Source of the DNA: Eledone cirrhosa | Taxonomy: Eukaryota | Assembly: GCA_964016885.1 (NCBI GenBank) | Contig: OZ024742.1 | Coordinates: 212,288,001-212,352,000 of the forward strand | Length of the DNA stretch: 64,000 nt | Reading direction: 5' to 3' | Part shown: piece after piece, positions 25,761 through 39,719 of the stretch | How the letters are laid out: every line of letters begins with the position of its first letter | How positions within the stretch are numbered: position 1 is the first letter of the stretch | The notes under the pieces: generated by a model | Seen by the model: only the letters and a program-made list of their open reading frames with translations | Databases searched by the model: none | Told to the model about the DNA's origin: nothing | Made by a program: the position numbers and the translations under genes

Positions 25761-26726
25761 GCCTATACCTTAATGTAGTGTTAAATGTCATCGAAAAAAG
25801 GAATATTAAAGTACAAGACATTTTTTTTAAATCTTAGAATAAGTACAATGGATTAAGGAGACCAACAGTAAAGAAATACTAAGCAACAATAGACAATCAA
25901 AGACAGTAAAGAAGAGATGGCACCATATTTACTACCATGTGTAATAAATAGAATGATTAAGTTTAGACAAGGAGACAACTCTAATTTTTCACAGAGTTCA
26001 AAACCATATTTGCATTTTTTTTCCCCCATATTTATGCATATCCAGTTTAGAATAGGTACATTATCCCAGTGTGTTGTAAGAAGTGACTAAAAGGGTTTGG
26101 TATCAGAAAGGGCATCTAGCTGTAAAACACTGACTCTAAATCACATCCAACATGGTAAAGTTAATGTAAACATTATCTTCTACTTTATGCACTTATTCCT
26201 GAGAGGGTTGTGGGGACAGAGTCCTCAAACACTCCTTCCAGCGAGTTCTGTCAGAAGTAACCATCTCCAATTGATCTGGCTGAATCCCCAAGTGAGACCA
26301 GTCAAGTTCATGGACGTTATCCAACCATCTTGCTCAGGGTCTACACCTTGGTATCCTGCCAGTTGGTTTTGCCTATAAAATCTGTCCAGCGATTATTTCT
26401 TGAAACATTTTAACCACATGCCCCTAGTATCAGCGCTGTTATCTCTCAATTCGGAGACGTAGTAGCTCTACCTGGAATGACTCTCTGATCTCCAACCTAT
26501 GCACTCTATCAAGTAACCCCATTTCGGCCACTTCTATTCGTGATTGTATTCTTTCTGCCATTATCCAAGATTGGGTTGGCATGAATACCGAATTGGAGAT
26601 AGTGAGTTTGGCTTTTACACCTATATCCCTTCTTCAGATTAACAAATACTCAAGCTGGTGCATTACTGCACCAGCTCCTGTAATTCTTGCACATGCAAAA
26701 GTGATGATATATTAAAATATACTAAC

Positions 26727-26870
26727 CTCCATAGAATGGGTTTGTTGTTCCATTTTGATTTCTTGCCGAAGTTGTTTTATTTCAGTGGTCATCTTTGTTT
26801 GAGATTTAATTTCCCCAAGACGTAAAATATTTATTTCTTCTGTTAATTGTGAAATTTCTCTGTGTTTTGT
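26727..26870 (-). CDS. CCDC18: CCDC18-like exon
   Basis: aacag|TKHREISQLTEEINILRLGEIKSQTKMTTEIKQLRQEI...HSME|gttagt; phase 0/0. Confidence 0.85.
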
Positions 26871-27879
26871 CTGTTTTTTGTTTAAAAAAAAAAACAGGAC
26901 ATCAAAAAATTAATAAATTAGTGGATCTTTAAAAAATTTGTAGATACAACATTAACAACCAAAGATGAAAGAATCAATTTAAGACTAAAACAGAAACAAG
27001 TAACAATTTCTTGTTTGTATCTGGCCTTATTTTTGGAGATACTGTAAACCAGAATCAGTTCTGTATGAGCAAGACATGGTCACCTGACTTGGCATGGCTC
27101 ACAACAGGACAACTCGTCTAACCAATGCTAGCATGGAAAAATGAACGTTAAATGGTGATGATGACGATGCAATATCTATGGCATTGAGATGAAAGTTTAA
27201 AGCTTTAAAGCCATCATATTGTTAACTCTGCCAAAATATCGAACCATTTCTAAATGATCCATACATAGTGTAGGTTTAGTTTGACATGAAGAAATTTATC
27301 CTGTAAAAGGGTTGTGTTGGTGACATGACAAAAAGCACCCGGTCCACTCTGTAAGATTGTGTTGGTGGCACAATGAAAAAGTACCCAATTCAACTTCTCA
27401 GTTGGTTCTTTTGGTGCCACAATAAAATGTGTCCAGTCCATGATGTAAATGTGGTTGGTATTAGGAAGGGCTTCCACTCGTAGAAACCAAGCCAGAAGCA
27501 GTTCTGTATGAGAAAGACAATCATCTTCTGACTTGTCTCATAACGGGACAGCTCGTCTAACCCAGCATGGAAAAATGGACATTAAACAGTGGTGCTTATG
27601 ATAAAATACCTTCAAATTGAATGCTATGGCAACCAACAGATTAATCGTAGGAACGAAATCACTAATTTCAATGACAAACTTCCAAAAAGGCACTGGATTG
27701 AAGACTCTATTGGAAATGTAAAATGATGGTGGATCAAGACATCTAGAATGGGTATGTTTTCATGGTTCAATCAGAAGATCGACTGTGATGAGGTGACATA
27801 TTCCCCATTAGATAGATAACATTTATATAATCTTGAGATTGATATTCTTGAAGTTCACTTGATTCAAATTACAGAAACT

Positions 27880-29940
27880 ATATCATCATCATCATCAATT
27901 TACATCTGTTTTTCCCTGCTTGCAACAGTGGTATGAGTCCTCTTCAGCATAGCATCTCTCCATGGTCCTGTCATCTCCTCAGTGAGTTTTAGCAATCTTA
28001 CGTCAGCTCTCACCACCTCCGCCCCTGTTTTTTGTGGTCTTCCTCTACTGCATCTCCCTTCTAATGGGATTTCTTGGCACTTTTTCATTCAGCGGTCATC
28101 CTCCATGTGCATCACATGGCCATACCAGTGCAGTCGTCTCTCCTGCACACTACACTTTATTCCTCTTATACAGTTTCACTCTCAACTCATCCATGCTTGT
28201 TGTTCACGTACATTGACATTGCACAGCCATCAGAGCATGCTTGCTTCATTTCTCTCCAGCCTTTGCATATCCTATGTCTCATTACCGTGCAACATCGCGC
28301 ATCTCACACAGGCATCATACAACCAACCTTTGATTCACAGGAGAAACCCTTCATAGTCAACAGAGGAAGAAGCTCCCTAAACTTCTTCCATCCTGTCCTT
28401 ATTCTAGATACTATGGCCTCAGAACATCCTCCTCCCTTGCTAATCTGATAACCTAGATATCAGAAGCTATCAACCACCTCTATAAATCCTACCTGCATTT
28501 GGAAAATGTGCCTATCACTGACACTTCTACTATCAATTTTTACTGAACATCTACTACATATGAAGTTTTCCTTTCCTGTTAGTTTGCCTGCTATCCCACT
28601 ACACCTCTTATGTACCCAAGATCTGCATTATGTACATTCTATAGAGTTTATGCCAACTCCTTTTCTACTTATTAAGCATAGCCATTTCCCTGATGGAATC
28701 AGTCTTGTCCTCTTTCCTACTTATCAATACTTTAGTCTTTGCTAGGTTCACTCGCAGTCCCCTTGATTCCAACTGCTGTTTCCACAGCCGGAATTTATTC
28801 TCTAACTTCTCTACTGATTCTGTTATAAGTATTAGATCGTCAGCATAGAGAAGTTCCCATGGGCGGCAAGTCTTAAACTCCTCTGTTATGGCTTGGAGAA
28901 CTATAATGAATAAAAATGGGCTGAGGACCGAACCCTGATGAACTCCTACTTGATTCTGGAATTCCTCACTAAACTCCAATCCTACACTCACTTTACTGAC
29001 AGCTCCTCTGTACATAGCTTGCACTGTCCTCACAAGGCATTCCTCTACACCTAATAACCCTAGAGACCAACAAAAGCTAAATATAGTGGCTTATTCTTCT
29101 CTAAGAACCTCTCTTGTAGTTATTTCACTAAGTAGTACTTTTCCCAGTCACAAAACCAAACTGCATCTCATCTAATTTAACTCTTTCTCTAATTAGTTGT
29201 GCTAGCATTCTTTCTGTCACTTTTATAACCTGATCCATCAGTTTTATGCTCCTCTCCAGAGCATCCCCTTTACCTTTGTAGCAATTAACAAGTATACTGC
29301 TGCACCAATCTTTGGGTATGACTTTGCCATATATATCACTTGATTGACTATGTGTGTATCTAGTTTAGTTCCTACTTCCGATGCCTTTAACATCTCAGCA
29401 GCAATCCCTGACGGTCCAGCGACCTTACCTATTTTCATTTCCTTAATTGCCTCTTTGACCCTATAGTCATCAACCTCAATAGCTGGTCCCTCTGTTGAGT
29501 CTGTTGGGGATAGTTTCTCTCAACCATTCATAATGACATTTCCAGGCCTCCTTTTTCTGATCATCAGTGACACTAAGTGCACCGGCATCATTTCACACAC
29601 ACTTATCTCCAACAACATCCTGATTTACACTGATACACTGCCTTGCCATGCAGAACACTGCACATCTCTGATCTTCTCATCGCAGAACATTGGCAAACCT
29701 CCTACTCTCAGCTTCCCTGCTTGCTAAGTATACCTGACATCTAGCCTCTCTTTTAGCGGCTGAGTATCGGTCTCTACTCCTCCCATTTTTCCAATCCTTC
29801 CATGCTTGTTTTTTGTCTTCTCTATCTACCGTGCTGTTCCACCACCAAGTCACCCTCTGTCTGGTTGGAGCTTTACTCCAGCCACAAGTCTCTTCGGTTG
29901 CGTGCAGTAGGTTGTCGCGTAAGAATTTTCAGTTATCTTC
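27880..29940 (-). mobile_element. Degenerate RTE-clade LINE (RT domain plus 3' end)
   Basis: MKIGKVAGPSGIAAEMLK; VGVHQGSVLSPFLFIIVL; ELLYADDL; GLRVNLAKTKVL; RGRPQKT; (GAT)n tail. Confidence 0.92.
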
Positions 29941-30524
29941 TATATTAATTATTTATTTATTTTTTGTGATTGAAGTTCAAACACTTCAAGTGGTAACAAA
30001 TTATTATTCTTATGAAAAATACAATCAACATAAATGAAAATAAGTACACTGTTTTACAAATTAACATCAGAGAAAATGTAGATATTTAATAAAACAACAG
30101 CTTCAACATTTCAGGCAAATATATGGATTTAGAGAACCATTGTTCTCGACTCTCTTGATACCAAGTTGCCTAAAACTGCCCCTGATTCTACAATGCATAA
30201 TTGTTTGTTTTAACGTGTTTATCATTATCATCATCACCATCGCTACCATCATCATTTATGTAAAACTCTCCAATCATAATTTCATGTAAGAAGCTTTCTT
30301 AAGTTATTCCAAACACCAGAATAATAATGAGAAAAATAGTTACATTATGAAATTCCTCCAAGTTCTTGATTATTTTTTAAATGATGTGAAAACCATAGGC
30401 AGTGTCTTTCAATAGAAATATGGTAATGAAAGCGTTATGTTCATTTTTCATCTCTTGTTGGCATGAGATAGATAGATTTACTCTACGGGGAAAATATAGG
30501 AAAGAAATCATGAAGAAAACTTAC

Positions 30525-30722
30525 ATCAAGCATAGCAGAAAGTGTTTCTATTTTCTCTAGTAATTTGTCATTTTCATGGCGTAGCTTAGTTTGTTGGTTC
30601 CGTGTTATCATAAAGTCACTGGTTTGATTTTGAAGTTGTTCTCTTGTTAATCTTAATTCTTGGGTGATCTCTGCTTTGTACTCAACAAGTTCTTTTTCTT
30701 TTAAACTTTGGTTCTGAATTGT
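30525..30722 (-). CDS. CCDC18: CCDC18-like exon (QELRLTREQ motif)
   Basis: atcag|TIQNQSLKEKELVEYKAEITQELRLTREQLQNQ...SAMLD|gtaagt; phase 0/0. QELRLTREQxQN resembles the C-terminal region of vertebrate CCDC18 as recalled; this is the main basis for the gene name. Confidence 0.88.
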
Positions 30723-31720
30723 CTGATAAAAAAAAAATAACACTTCATGTTTTATTCATATTGTTTTTGTTTTTTTACTGATTTCAGTTATTAGACTGTG
30801 GCAATGTAGGAACACTGCCTTCAAATTGACCACTGACCCCAGTGCTGAGTTTTTTTAGTTTTTTGTAAGTCAGGTACTTATTTCATCAAACTCTATGTCA
30901 AACTGCTAAGTTACAGGACACAAACAGACAGTGCCAGATATTAATTAGTATGGACTTAGACACAACCACATATGGTCATTCCACCCACAAGACAATGGTT
31001 AACTGTAGTAGAGGACACTTGCTCAAGGTGCCATACAGTGAAACTGAACCCAAAACTATGTGGTTTGAAGAACCACATAGTTTTGAGTTCAGTTTCACAT
31101 GGCTATGCTTACATCTATGTATATTTTATTTTTATTTTATTCTGAAATGCTCAATTTAACAACAGAGGAATTATAGCAAGTGCTATAGAGTAGGTTAGAG
31201 GCTTCCTACATACCAAAACTAGGGTCTGGTTTCAATTTCTGTTTGTAGTCATTTTACTTCACTCCATCTACCTTTGAGAAACAAATGAAGGTTACAAGCA
31301 CATTTCTGTCTCCCACATCCTCCTCCTTTCAGATGTGACAGCAATCACATGACATCCACTAGGTGATGCAACCAGCTCAAGGTAGTGGAATTTGGGTGTG
31401 TGAGGTCCACATTCTCAGATAGTTAGAGATTTGGGCATCCACTCAGTATGTGTTCTGCAGTCTGCTCTGGCGAGCCACACTATTTATCAACCGCATCTTT
31501 TATTAATAGTTTCATGGGTTTTAGAATAGGTTCACTATATCCCTGTGACTTCTAATAAGAGACAACTAAGAGTTGGTGTCAGGGAAAGCATCTGGCAGTA
31601 AAACAAGTTTTGTCCAACCCATGCCAGCATGGAAAAGCAAATGTACAAACAGTGTTGATTAGAAGAATTTAAAAAAAAACCTTTCAGCAAGCTAGTTATA
31701 TAATCTTCAACTAGAAATAA

Positions 31721-32036
31721 CTAGCTGACGTACCCAGCTTCACCCGGGTAAACAGAGGATAAGAGAACACAGGTAAAAGAGAAAATGACTGTATTGGATA
31801 TTTGTCTGGTTACAGCATGAGGCGAGTCCGTGGTGTTTGTGTGATACAAAAAACAGTAAAAAAAATATTCCAGATATACCAGATTCTTCGTTGTACCGTT
31901 TGTGCATAGTATATGAACAATTCTAGATGCTCCCACCTAGAATAGTGACCTCTAAGACATGGTTCATCTTCTGCCCAACTGTTCCACGTTTCTCAAAAGG
32001 ATGATGGAAGTTCCAATCTTTTATATTATATGTAGA
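31721..32036 (-). mobile_element. Non-autonomous Helitron
   Basis: Minus strand begins A|TC and ends at a GC hairpin (cccgggtgaagctggg) then CTAG|T; retains the helicase C-terminal motif HILCTNGTTKNLVY. Confidence 0.75.
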
Positions 32037-32791
32037 TATAGATATAGATAATTAATATAGAAGATGTCCGTCAATGTAAAAAAGGTCCCTATTTACTTGA
32101 AATGGTTTATACAAATGCCAAATTAATATGGATAACATGCTTATCTATAAGTGGTCAGCTATAATAATAAAACAACAAATTATATGACACAAAAATAAAT
32201 ATAAAAGATGTCCGTCAATGTAAAAAAAAGGTCCCTATTTACTCCCTTCACAACTCTGTGTATGTTAGACTGACAGACAGGCACACAAACAGATAAACTG
32301 CGTGGCGATTGTGGAACACCGCACGTACACACACATGCACGCATGGAAACGCGCACACGCACGCAAACTTACACACGCAGACATGTTGATAGTTTTTACT
32401 TTCTGTGGAATGCTGCACGTACGCACGCACACAAACATACACACGCTAATAGTTATTGCTTTCCTTCCCCTCTTATTTCCACACACATCACACACCTCTC
32501 TACACTGACACATATACATAGTGTATCCAACACAGCGTTCACACTGTCCCCTCTCACTCCCTCATTGGAATTATGCATATTAATTTCAGTTTGGCGTCGT
32601 TGAGGTGGGTGGAGTCCTTTGAAACCTATGAACCAATGATAATCGAGAATTATGACACATGGAATACTGACATTGTTCAAATTAATATATAGATATGAAT
32701 TATCAAGTTTTATTTTGAATATTTCTAAAGAGAGAAAGAAAGAAATGAATGGTGGATTGAATTTAATAAGTGATTTATATCTGATTATAAT

Positions 32792-32974
32792 TGTGTCTAC
32801 TTTTGGCACAAGGCCAGCAATTACCCAGTACATTACTGGTACTTTATTTTATCGATCCCCGTGAGGATGAAAGACAAAGTTAACCTCGGCGGGATTTGAA
32901 CTCAGACCGTAAAGGGACGTAACTATGCTAGAAAGCATGGCGTCCAACCCTCTACCAATACTGCCAATTCACCA
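32792..32974 (-). mobile_element. SINE with 15-bp TSD
   Basis: TSD atatctgattataat at 32777-32791 and 32975-32989. Confidence 0.9.
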
Positions 32975-33324
32975 ATATCTGATTATAATATTAATTAACC
33001 TCTAGCAAATTGAATTTTTTTATGAATTGCTTCCCTTGACACTGCATTATGTATTAAGGGGAGATTTCTCTATTGGCAACATACAGTGCCTAGAGGTTGT
33101 TAAAGGTTAAGCAGCCATCCATTCAAACCAATAACATCATGTACTCAGGCTCCAAGAAGACAACGATACCAATGATAGATTGATGAAATTTCAAACATGT
33201 TCCACACTTACAGCATCACACTATTGTAGGTCTCACACCTGGCAGCAGATCACCAACTTCATTTCCCTACAACACTTTCCCAATAAAAATATGAGGGAAA
33301 TAAAATAAGAAAGAAGCTGCAAAC

Positions 33325-33468
33325 CTTTAAGGAATTTTCAATGAGGGCATTTTTCGATGTTAATTCTAATTCCATTTCATGACATGCCTGAGATTTGGCC
33401 TCAAGAAATAAAGTCTTATTTTGCAACTCAATTGCCATTTTCTGGTATTGTTCTTTGTACTGAGCAAT
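33325..33468 (-). CDS. CCDC18: CCDC18-like exon
   Basis: tccag|IAQYKEQYQKMAIELQNK...ENSLK|gtttgc; phase 0/0. Confidence 0.85.
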
Positions 33469-33619
33469 CTGGAGAAATAATTTGAAGGATATAAAATATT
33501 ACACAGATATAATAAGACAAGTATGGTATGACAATAAAGTTGACCTAGGCAGGGTATGAACTTAGAAGGTAAAGGGATGTAACTAAATACTGCAGAATAT
33601 ATCATCCATCAAGAAGTAA

Positions 33620-34200
33620 CAATGGTTTCTGATTTAGGCACAAGGTCAATAATTTTGTGGGGAGGAGAAATCAATTAAATCGACCCCAGTACATTACTGG
33701 TGCTTTATTTTATCAACTCTGTAAGGAATGAAGGCAAAGTTAAACTCGGTGAGATTTGAACTCAGAACATAAAGGGTTGTAACTCTATGCTGCAAAGCAT
33801 GTTGTTCTACATTCTACCAATTCTGCCAATCCACCGCCCCCCAACAAGAAGTAATAATTGTTTCTACTTTTGGCACAAGGCCAGCAATTATCCAAGTGCA
33901 TTACTGGTGCTTTATTTTATCGATCCCCGTAAGGATGAAAGACAAAGTTGACCTCGGTGGGATTTGAACTCAGACCGTAAAGGGCTATAACTCTATGTTG
34001 CAAAGCATGGTGTCCGACCCTCTACTGATATTGCCATGGTTTCTACTTTCAACATATATCACACATTTAGGGGAAGGAACAAGTAATTAAATCAACACAG
34101 GCACATGATTGGTACTTACTTTATCTACCCTGGAAAGATAAGAGACCAAGCTAACCTTGGTGGCACTTTAACTTAGGTGGTAACTAAATACTACAAAATA
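33620..34200 (-). mobile_element. Three tandem SINE copies
   Basis: Three successive copies of the same SINE core; aagaagtaa repeated at 33611 and 33846. Confidence 0.85.
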
Positions 34201-34342
34201 TTTTGTCTATTGTTCTACTAATTGAAAGTATGATAGCATTAGGTTTGGGGATAAAACATTTAACATACAAATGTAGTTTTTTTAGTCATTGGGATGATAA
34301 ATATCAAAATAAAAAGAGTTTAGTTATGAAGTTAACCAGATA

Positions 34343-34531
34343 GTTGTTTCTATTATTGGCACAAGGCCAGCAAATTACCCAGTACATTACTGGTACTTTA
34401 TTTTATCGACCCCGTAAGGATGAAAGGCAAAGTTAACCTCGGCGGGATTTGAACTCAGAATGGCAAGGGCCGTAACTCTATGCGTCAAAGCATGGCGTCC
34501 GACCCTCTACCGATACTGCCAATTCACCGCC
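34343..34531 (-). mobile_element. Young full-length SINE with 14-bp TSD
   Basis: TSD aagttaaccagata at 34329-34342 and 34532-34545; CpGs intact. Confidence 0.92.
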
Positions 34532-36158
34532 AAGTTAACCAGATAATAAGGTTTGGTCTGAAACAAAATTTAAGATAAACATAGATTTTTGTCCATCTTG
34601 ATAATAAATATCAAAATAAACAAGTTAATGATGAGGTTTAACCTAAACCAAATTTAATGAAACCAATCTAATGAAAGTCAATGTTTAGGATTTTCAAATA
34701 ATTATAAAAACAATCAAGAATTTGAAGAGATTTAGTAATGTAATTAATCTTCTCGTTATTAAACAGCTGTTTGGAACATAACAAAGGTTCTTACATAAAA
34801 TTATAGTAGATTGTTTTTAGATAAATACAAACGAGAGTCCAACCTATGTCAGTATGAAAAAATGAACATTAAATAACTTTAAACACTTTAAAATAAACAG
34901 CTTAGTGTTGTTGAACCATGGGCAGTTTTAGGTGGTTTCTATCAAAAGAGTTAAGGCAGACATATAGTTTTTAGTCACTGTGATGTTAAAATAAGCAAGT
35001 GAAACATTGCTGTTAAGTTAACCAGATGATTAAAACATTATATGAAGGCTGCTGTAAAAAGAAATCACTTCAATTCACTGTACAATTGATAACTGGTTTG
35101 TCAACATACCGTTTTAAGCTTGAATACTACCTTGATTGATTTTGCTTTTTTATTTTTCCTGATTAAGTAAATCAATATGTACCTGTAATACATAAACTGC
35201 AGCTAGCAGAGTTAATAAGCAGTCAGTCAGTTTACTAATTTCTCATTCAAAAGATCCAATATTTGAAATATTGTTGCCAGCCCTATATCTGGGAATGTTA
35301 TTTGTGATAGATGGAGAAGAGTCATCTTTCTTCAGTTTCATAACATGATACCAGAATAGGGAACTAACCTTTAAATGAGCCAATCAAGGAGCCTCTACAC
35401 AGGCACTTCATCTGCTAAAAATAGCAGTTACACTCCTCCACCCCCTGAAAATGTTGGAGGATTTTACCTCTAATTTGTTTTCTTCATAAATCACATAATG
35501 GTAGAATTTTATCAAAGGATTCAGAGAAATCTTTGTACCTAAAGAATGCCAGTAACAAAATACAGTGTGTAATTGGTGAGACATGTTGGTGGGTGACCAC
35601 TAAAGAGTCCAACTATTTGCTCTGTTTACTGGGAGATATTATTTTTAAACAGACTAGAAAGCTTACCAAACAAAAGGACCCTAAAGTTGTGTGTAAAACA
35701 TGACAACCTCTCCTGTACAATCAGTAGAATATGAAACCATTTGTAAGTGAGAAAGCAGACCCCTAGCCTGTCTGGGAGGTCAGTAGTCCTGCTTCAATGC
35801 TAACTTGGTCCTATGTAGACTCCCTGCTAGCAGGAAAAGGGAAAACGACAATGATGATTAGATTTTTTCTGCAAAATGGCTCATTGTATTAATTCAATCA
35901 TTACACCAGTACATAGACCCTGAGTTCAAACCCACTGCAAGATTCCCATAGTTCATGGACAGTATGCCAAATACTAGATACTTCAATTAATTCAGAGACT
36001 AGGACTTCCAAGAATGTTATCTGAAATAGACTGACATCCTAGCCAGAGAAAAGTTAATCAATGAGCTGTTTATCACAAAGAAATGGAGATGAACTCTGCT
36101 ATTTATGAGTATATGGAACACTTTGGAGATATTTATTGAAAAAACTTTTATCACATAC

Positions 36159-36275
36159 TTGTTCCATCTTATTTTTTATATCAATCTGTTCATGATCAAG
36201 TTGGTTTTTACTATCTTTCACACGATGTTCCATTTCTGTCCGATAGTCAGCCATAGATTTTACTAATTCTGATAC
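36159..36275 (-). CDS. CCDC18: CCDC18-like exon
   Basis: tttag|VSELVKSMADYRTEMEHRV...KMEQ|gtatgt; phase 0/0. Confidence 0.88.
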
Positions 36276-36896
36276 CTAAAAGATAAAAAAAATTAAGGAA
36301 GTATAATATGGAAAAAAAATATACCAACAAGTTATCAACAAAACACACATATTCTCATAATCACTGTTTAAAATCTATGCTGGCATGGGTTAGACAAGTT
36401 GTCACATGAGGCAAGACCAGTCAGATGACCACACCTTATTCATACATTCCATCTTTCACTTGATTTCTATGACTGGATGCTCTTCCTCATGCCAACCCTT
36501 TTACAGCGAGTATTGGGAACATTTTATTGTAACTCAAGCACTATATGTCACAATTCTACGCTGCAAAGCATATAGCACCCATTAGCCAATCCTTTCAGTA
36601 TTTCTTATGGCTTGTGCTTCCAATGATGATATATATCATTGTTTTTACATCGACTTTTCCATGCTGGTATGGGCTGGACAGGACTTTTTGAAGCAATGTT
36701 TTACAGTTGGAAGCCCTTCCTGACAACAAACTCTTTTAGTTGCTTCTTATGACATGCAAGGATATGGTGTATCTATTCTAAACCAGATATACATATAAAT
36801 CTACCATTATAGATAGATATAGAGATATAGATTGGATGGATGGATTAGATGGGTCACAGATGGATATATGGAGTTAAATATGAAATCTTTTCATAC

Positions 36897-36996
36897 CTTT
36901 TGTGCCCGTTCCTCTAGTTGCACATGCTGTTCCCTTATAGTGCTTTGTAAGTCCTCATTTTCTTCTTTTTTCAAACTCAGTTCTATTTGGAGTTTT
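36897..36996 (-). CDS. CCDC18: CCDC18-like exon
   Basis: ttcag|A KLQIELSLKKEENEDLQ...LEERAQK|gtatga; phase 2/0. Confidence 0.88.
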
Positions 36997-38989
36997 CTGA
37001 AATGGATCAACAACAAAAAGCATTTTAAGGGCCTCTTCCTTGCTAAAGCAGAAGTCAACTTTGTGGGCCCTAAGGCAAACTTCTCTATTTTTGCGTATCA
37101 TTTGCATCACCCCTCACCAGCACCCTGGCTTTCATTTCCCCCACTATCTTCTTTAGCCATATCTTTCTTGGATTAACACAACTCAATAATAAATTCTGTT
37201 AGTAGTTATTCACATTTTTTGTTTCCAACAATATACAGTATATAAGTGAAAACATATTCATCATTTGAACTGTATTTTTTCACAAATTCCAAAAATAAGT
37301 GCAGACATGGTTGTGTAGTTAAGGCGCTTGCTTCTCAACCACATGATTTTGGGTCTAGTGCTACCGCATGACACCTTGAGAAAGGGTCTTCAACTATACA
37401 TTCAGATTGATCAATGCCTTGTGAGTAAAATTTGGTAGGTGGAAATTGTGTAAAAGTCCATCATGTGTATGAGATATATATAGAGATAGAGAGAGAAAGA
37501 GCGTGTCAATTTATGTCATGTGACTTAGCAGTTTGACAAAAAGAGATGAATAAAATAAGATAAGTATTGGAGTCAATATGATTGAATGCATCTTTTAAAG
37601 GTGGTACCCCAGCATGGCTACAGTCAAGTGACTGAAATTAGTAAAAAAAATAAAAGAACATATCCATTATCTGGAAGATACTCTGACCCCCGAGTGTTTT
37701 TAGCAGAATCCACTCTTGTTAGAAACATTTAGACCAGGTTTTTAGTCTGGGGACCACATCAGTAGCAACAACAATCTTTCATGCGGGATTTGGTTACTGG
37801 TTGACCAATCATGTAAGCCGCGCATGAATATACAATTTCCGCCCAGCTAGAAAAAATTGGCGCTTCTTTTTTTGACTTCAGACAGTTGCTGCATTCAGTT
37901 TGAGAAGACAAGACCTATTTACATTCCCACATCGATACTAATAAGATGTAATGTTAAAAAAGAAACTTTGGCCCTATCGGCAAGGGACCAACCTCTTTCT
38001 TCCAACACTTCATTTTTGTTTCATTTACTCATGCAGCATGCCGGCAGTATTTTATTGTAATCTTTTACGGTTGAAAATAAACCCTTTGTAAAACGTTTAA
38101 CAGCCTTCTGATATTTCTGCCACCATTGAATCTGCACACATACTAAAAATATTTCTTCTGACGTGATATGGGAAAATCATTTTTCCCCAAGGTAATATCA
38201 TTTCACCACAAGCGAGTACAGTTTTCATTCACTTAAATAGGACATAGCTTCTCTTGACTCACTGAGATAATCTTCACTTACTCACTTGCTAACAACAACT
38301 ATATTAATGATAGAAAGATAAATTACGACTGAAAAGTTGGGGTAAAAAAATCAGAAAGATTTCACTTACGTGACTTAGGCGCACCATTCAGAAAGTTTCG
38401 CGGGCCGCATGTGGCCCGTAGGTCATGACTGTTCTATACACTCAAATATAAGCTGATCTGAATATAACACACACACACACACCAATGCTTTATTTTATGT
38501 CTGAGAAATGGACAAAATCCAAACCTTGTATATAAGCTGAGGCAGCTAATCAACAAATAATGCTTAGATGGTGCAGTTTTGAAATTCTCAATAGTGGAGA
38601 ATATATTTATGAAGTTTGAATATTTTGATATCTAAAATATTTAAAGTGTCATTTAGAATATATTTTTTGTTTCACAACTCCATTGCATAATATTTTACCA
38701 ATTTTTGACCATTTTGAAAGCCACGTTCATTCAAAACATCAAAAATGATAGGAAACACGAATTTAACTTTGAAAGTGAAACCGGCATAATATTCATTAAT
38801 TAAAATGGTATACAAAAAATTGAATACCTATATAGAAACTGTTGCTCTTTGAATTCTCTACAAATTTAAGTTATTTTTTCTCAAATGATGAAGTTGATTC
38901 TTAACTCTGATTTCAAATGTGAAATAAAAATTCATCTGGATGAGATGCCTGTCTATTGTAGGTAAGTTTCCATGATTGTATTTTATAGC

Positions 38990-39350
38990 TACAGAGCTGG
39001 TGTCACAACAAAAACACCCAGTCCACCTTGTAAGGTGGTCATGCTAATGACACAATGAAAAGCACTCGGTCACCCTATAAGGTGGTCATGTTGGTGACAT
39101 GCAAAAAGCACCCAGTCCACCCTAGTAGGTGGTTGTTCAAATGCCATGACAAACAAGCACCCAGTCCACTATGGTCATTTTGGTGCCATGATAAAAAGCA
39201 CCCAGTCCACACTGTAATGTGATTGCCATTACGAAGTGCATCCAGCCATAGAAACCAAGCCAAACACATGAGCAAGACATGGTCACTTGACCTGACTTGT
39301 TTTATAACATGACAACCCATCTAACCCATGCAAGCATGGAAAATAGATGT
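38990..39350 (+). repeat. RTE-type 3'-UTR-derived repeat with an internal ~38-bp VNTR
   Basis: About 5 units of aaaagcacccagtccac..gtggtc; similar copies at 4925-5230, 27310-27590, 45730-46010, 49500-49700 and 53830-54180. Confidence 0.75.
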
Positions 39351-39374
39351 TAACTTAAGCCTAAGTGAAATAAT

Positions 39375-39467
39375 TGTTTCTACTTTTGGCACAAGGCCAG
39401 CAATTATTCCAGTGCATACTGGTACTTTATTTTATCGACCCCGTAAGGATGAAAGGCAAAGTTAACC
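39375..39467 (-). mobile_element. 5'-truncated SINE with 19-bp TSD
   Basis: TSD taagcctaagtgaaataat at 39356-39374 and 39468-39486. Confidence 0.9.
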
Positions 39468-39603
39468 TAAGCCTAAGTGAAATAATACCTGTAGAATTAA
39501 ACATGTTGTACAGAAACAAATGTTATTTTTACAGGTAACTTAAGTTGGTAGCTCTCTACTATATCCCTTCCTTTAATTATAAGAATACTTGTAATTATCT
39601 CAC

Positions 39604-39719
39604 TTTATGGCATCTCTTGTATCTTCCAAAAGTTCTTCTTTAGCTTTTAAATTATATTCCAAATTTTCTATATTGCTGTTGGTTTCCTGTCTTTCAGAAT
39701 TATGTTTACCAATTTTTGT
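39604..39719 (-). CDS. CCDC18: CCDC18-like exon
   Basis: aacag|TKIGKHNSERQET...LEDTRDAI AA|gtgaga; phase 0/2. Confidence 0.85.

Noticed and set aside
32180-32603. Cluster of overlapping CV/TH-rich ORFs
   Set aside because: Low-complexity (CA/CG)n core of a repeat element
34440-34531. tRNA-like A and B boxes
   Set aside because: Head of a multi-copy SINE with a TSD; no complete cloverleaf
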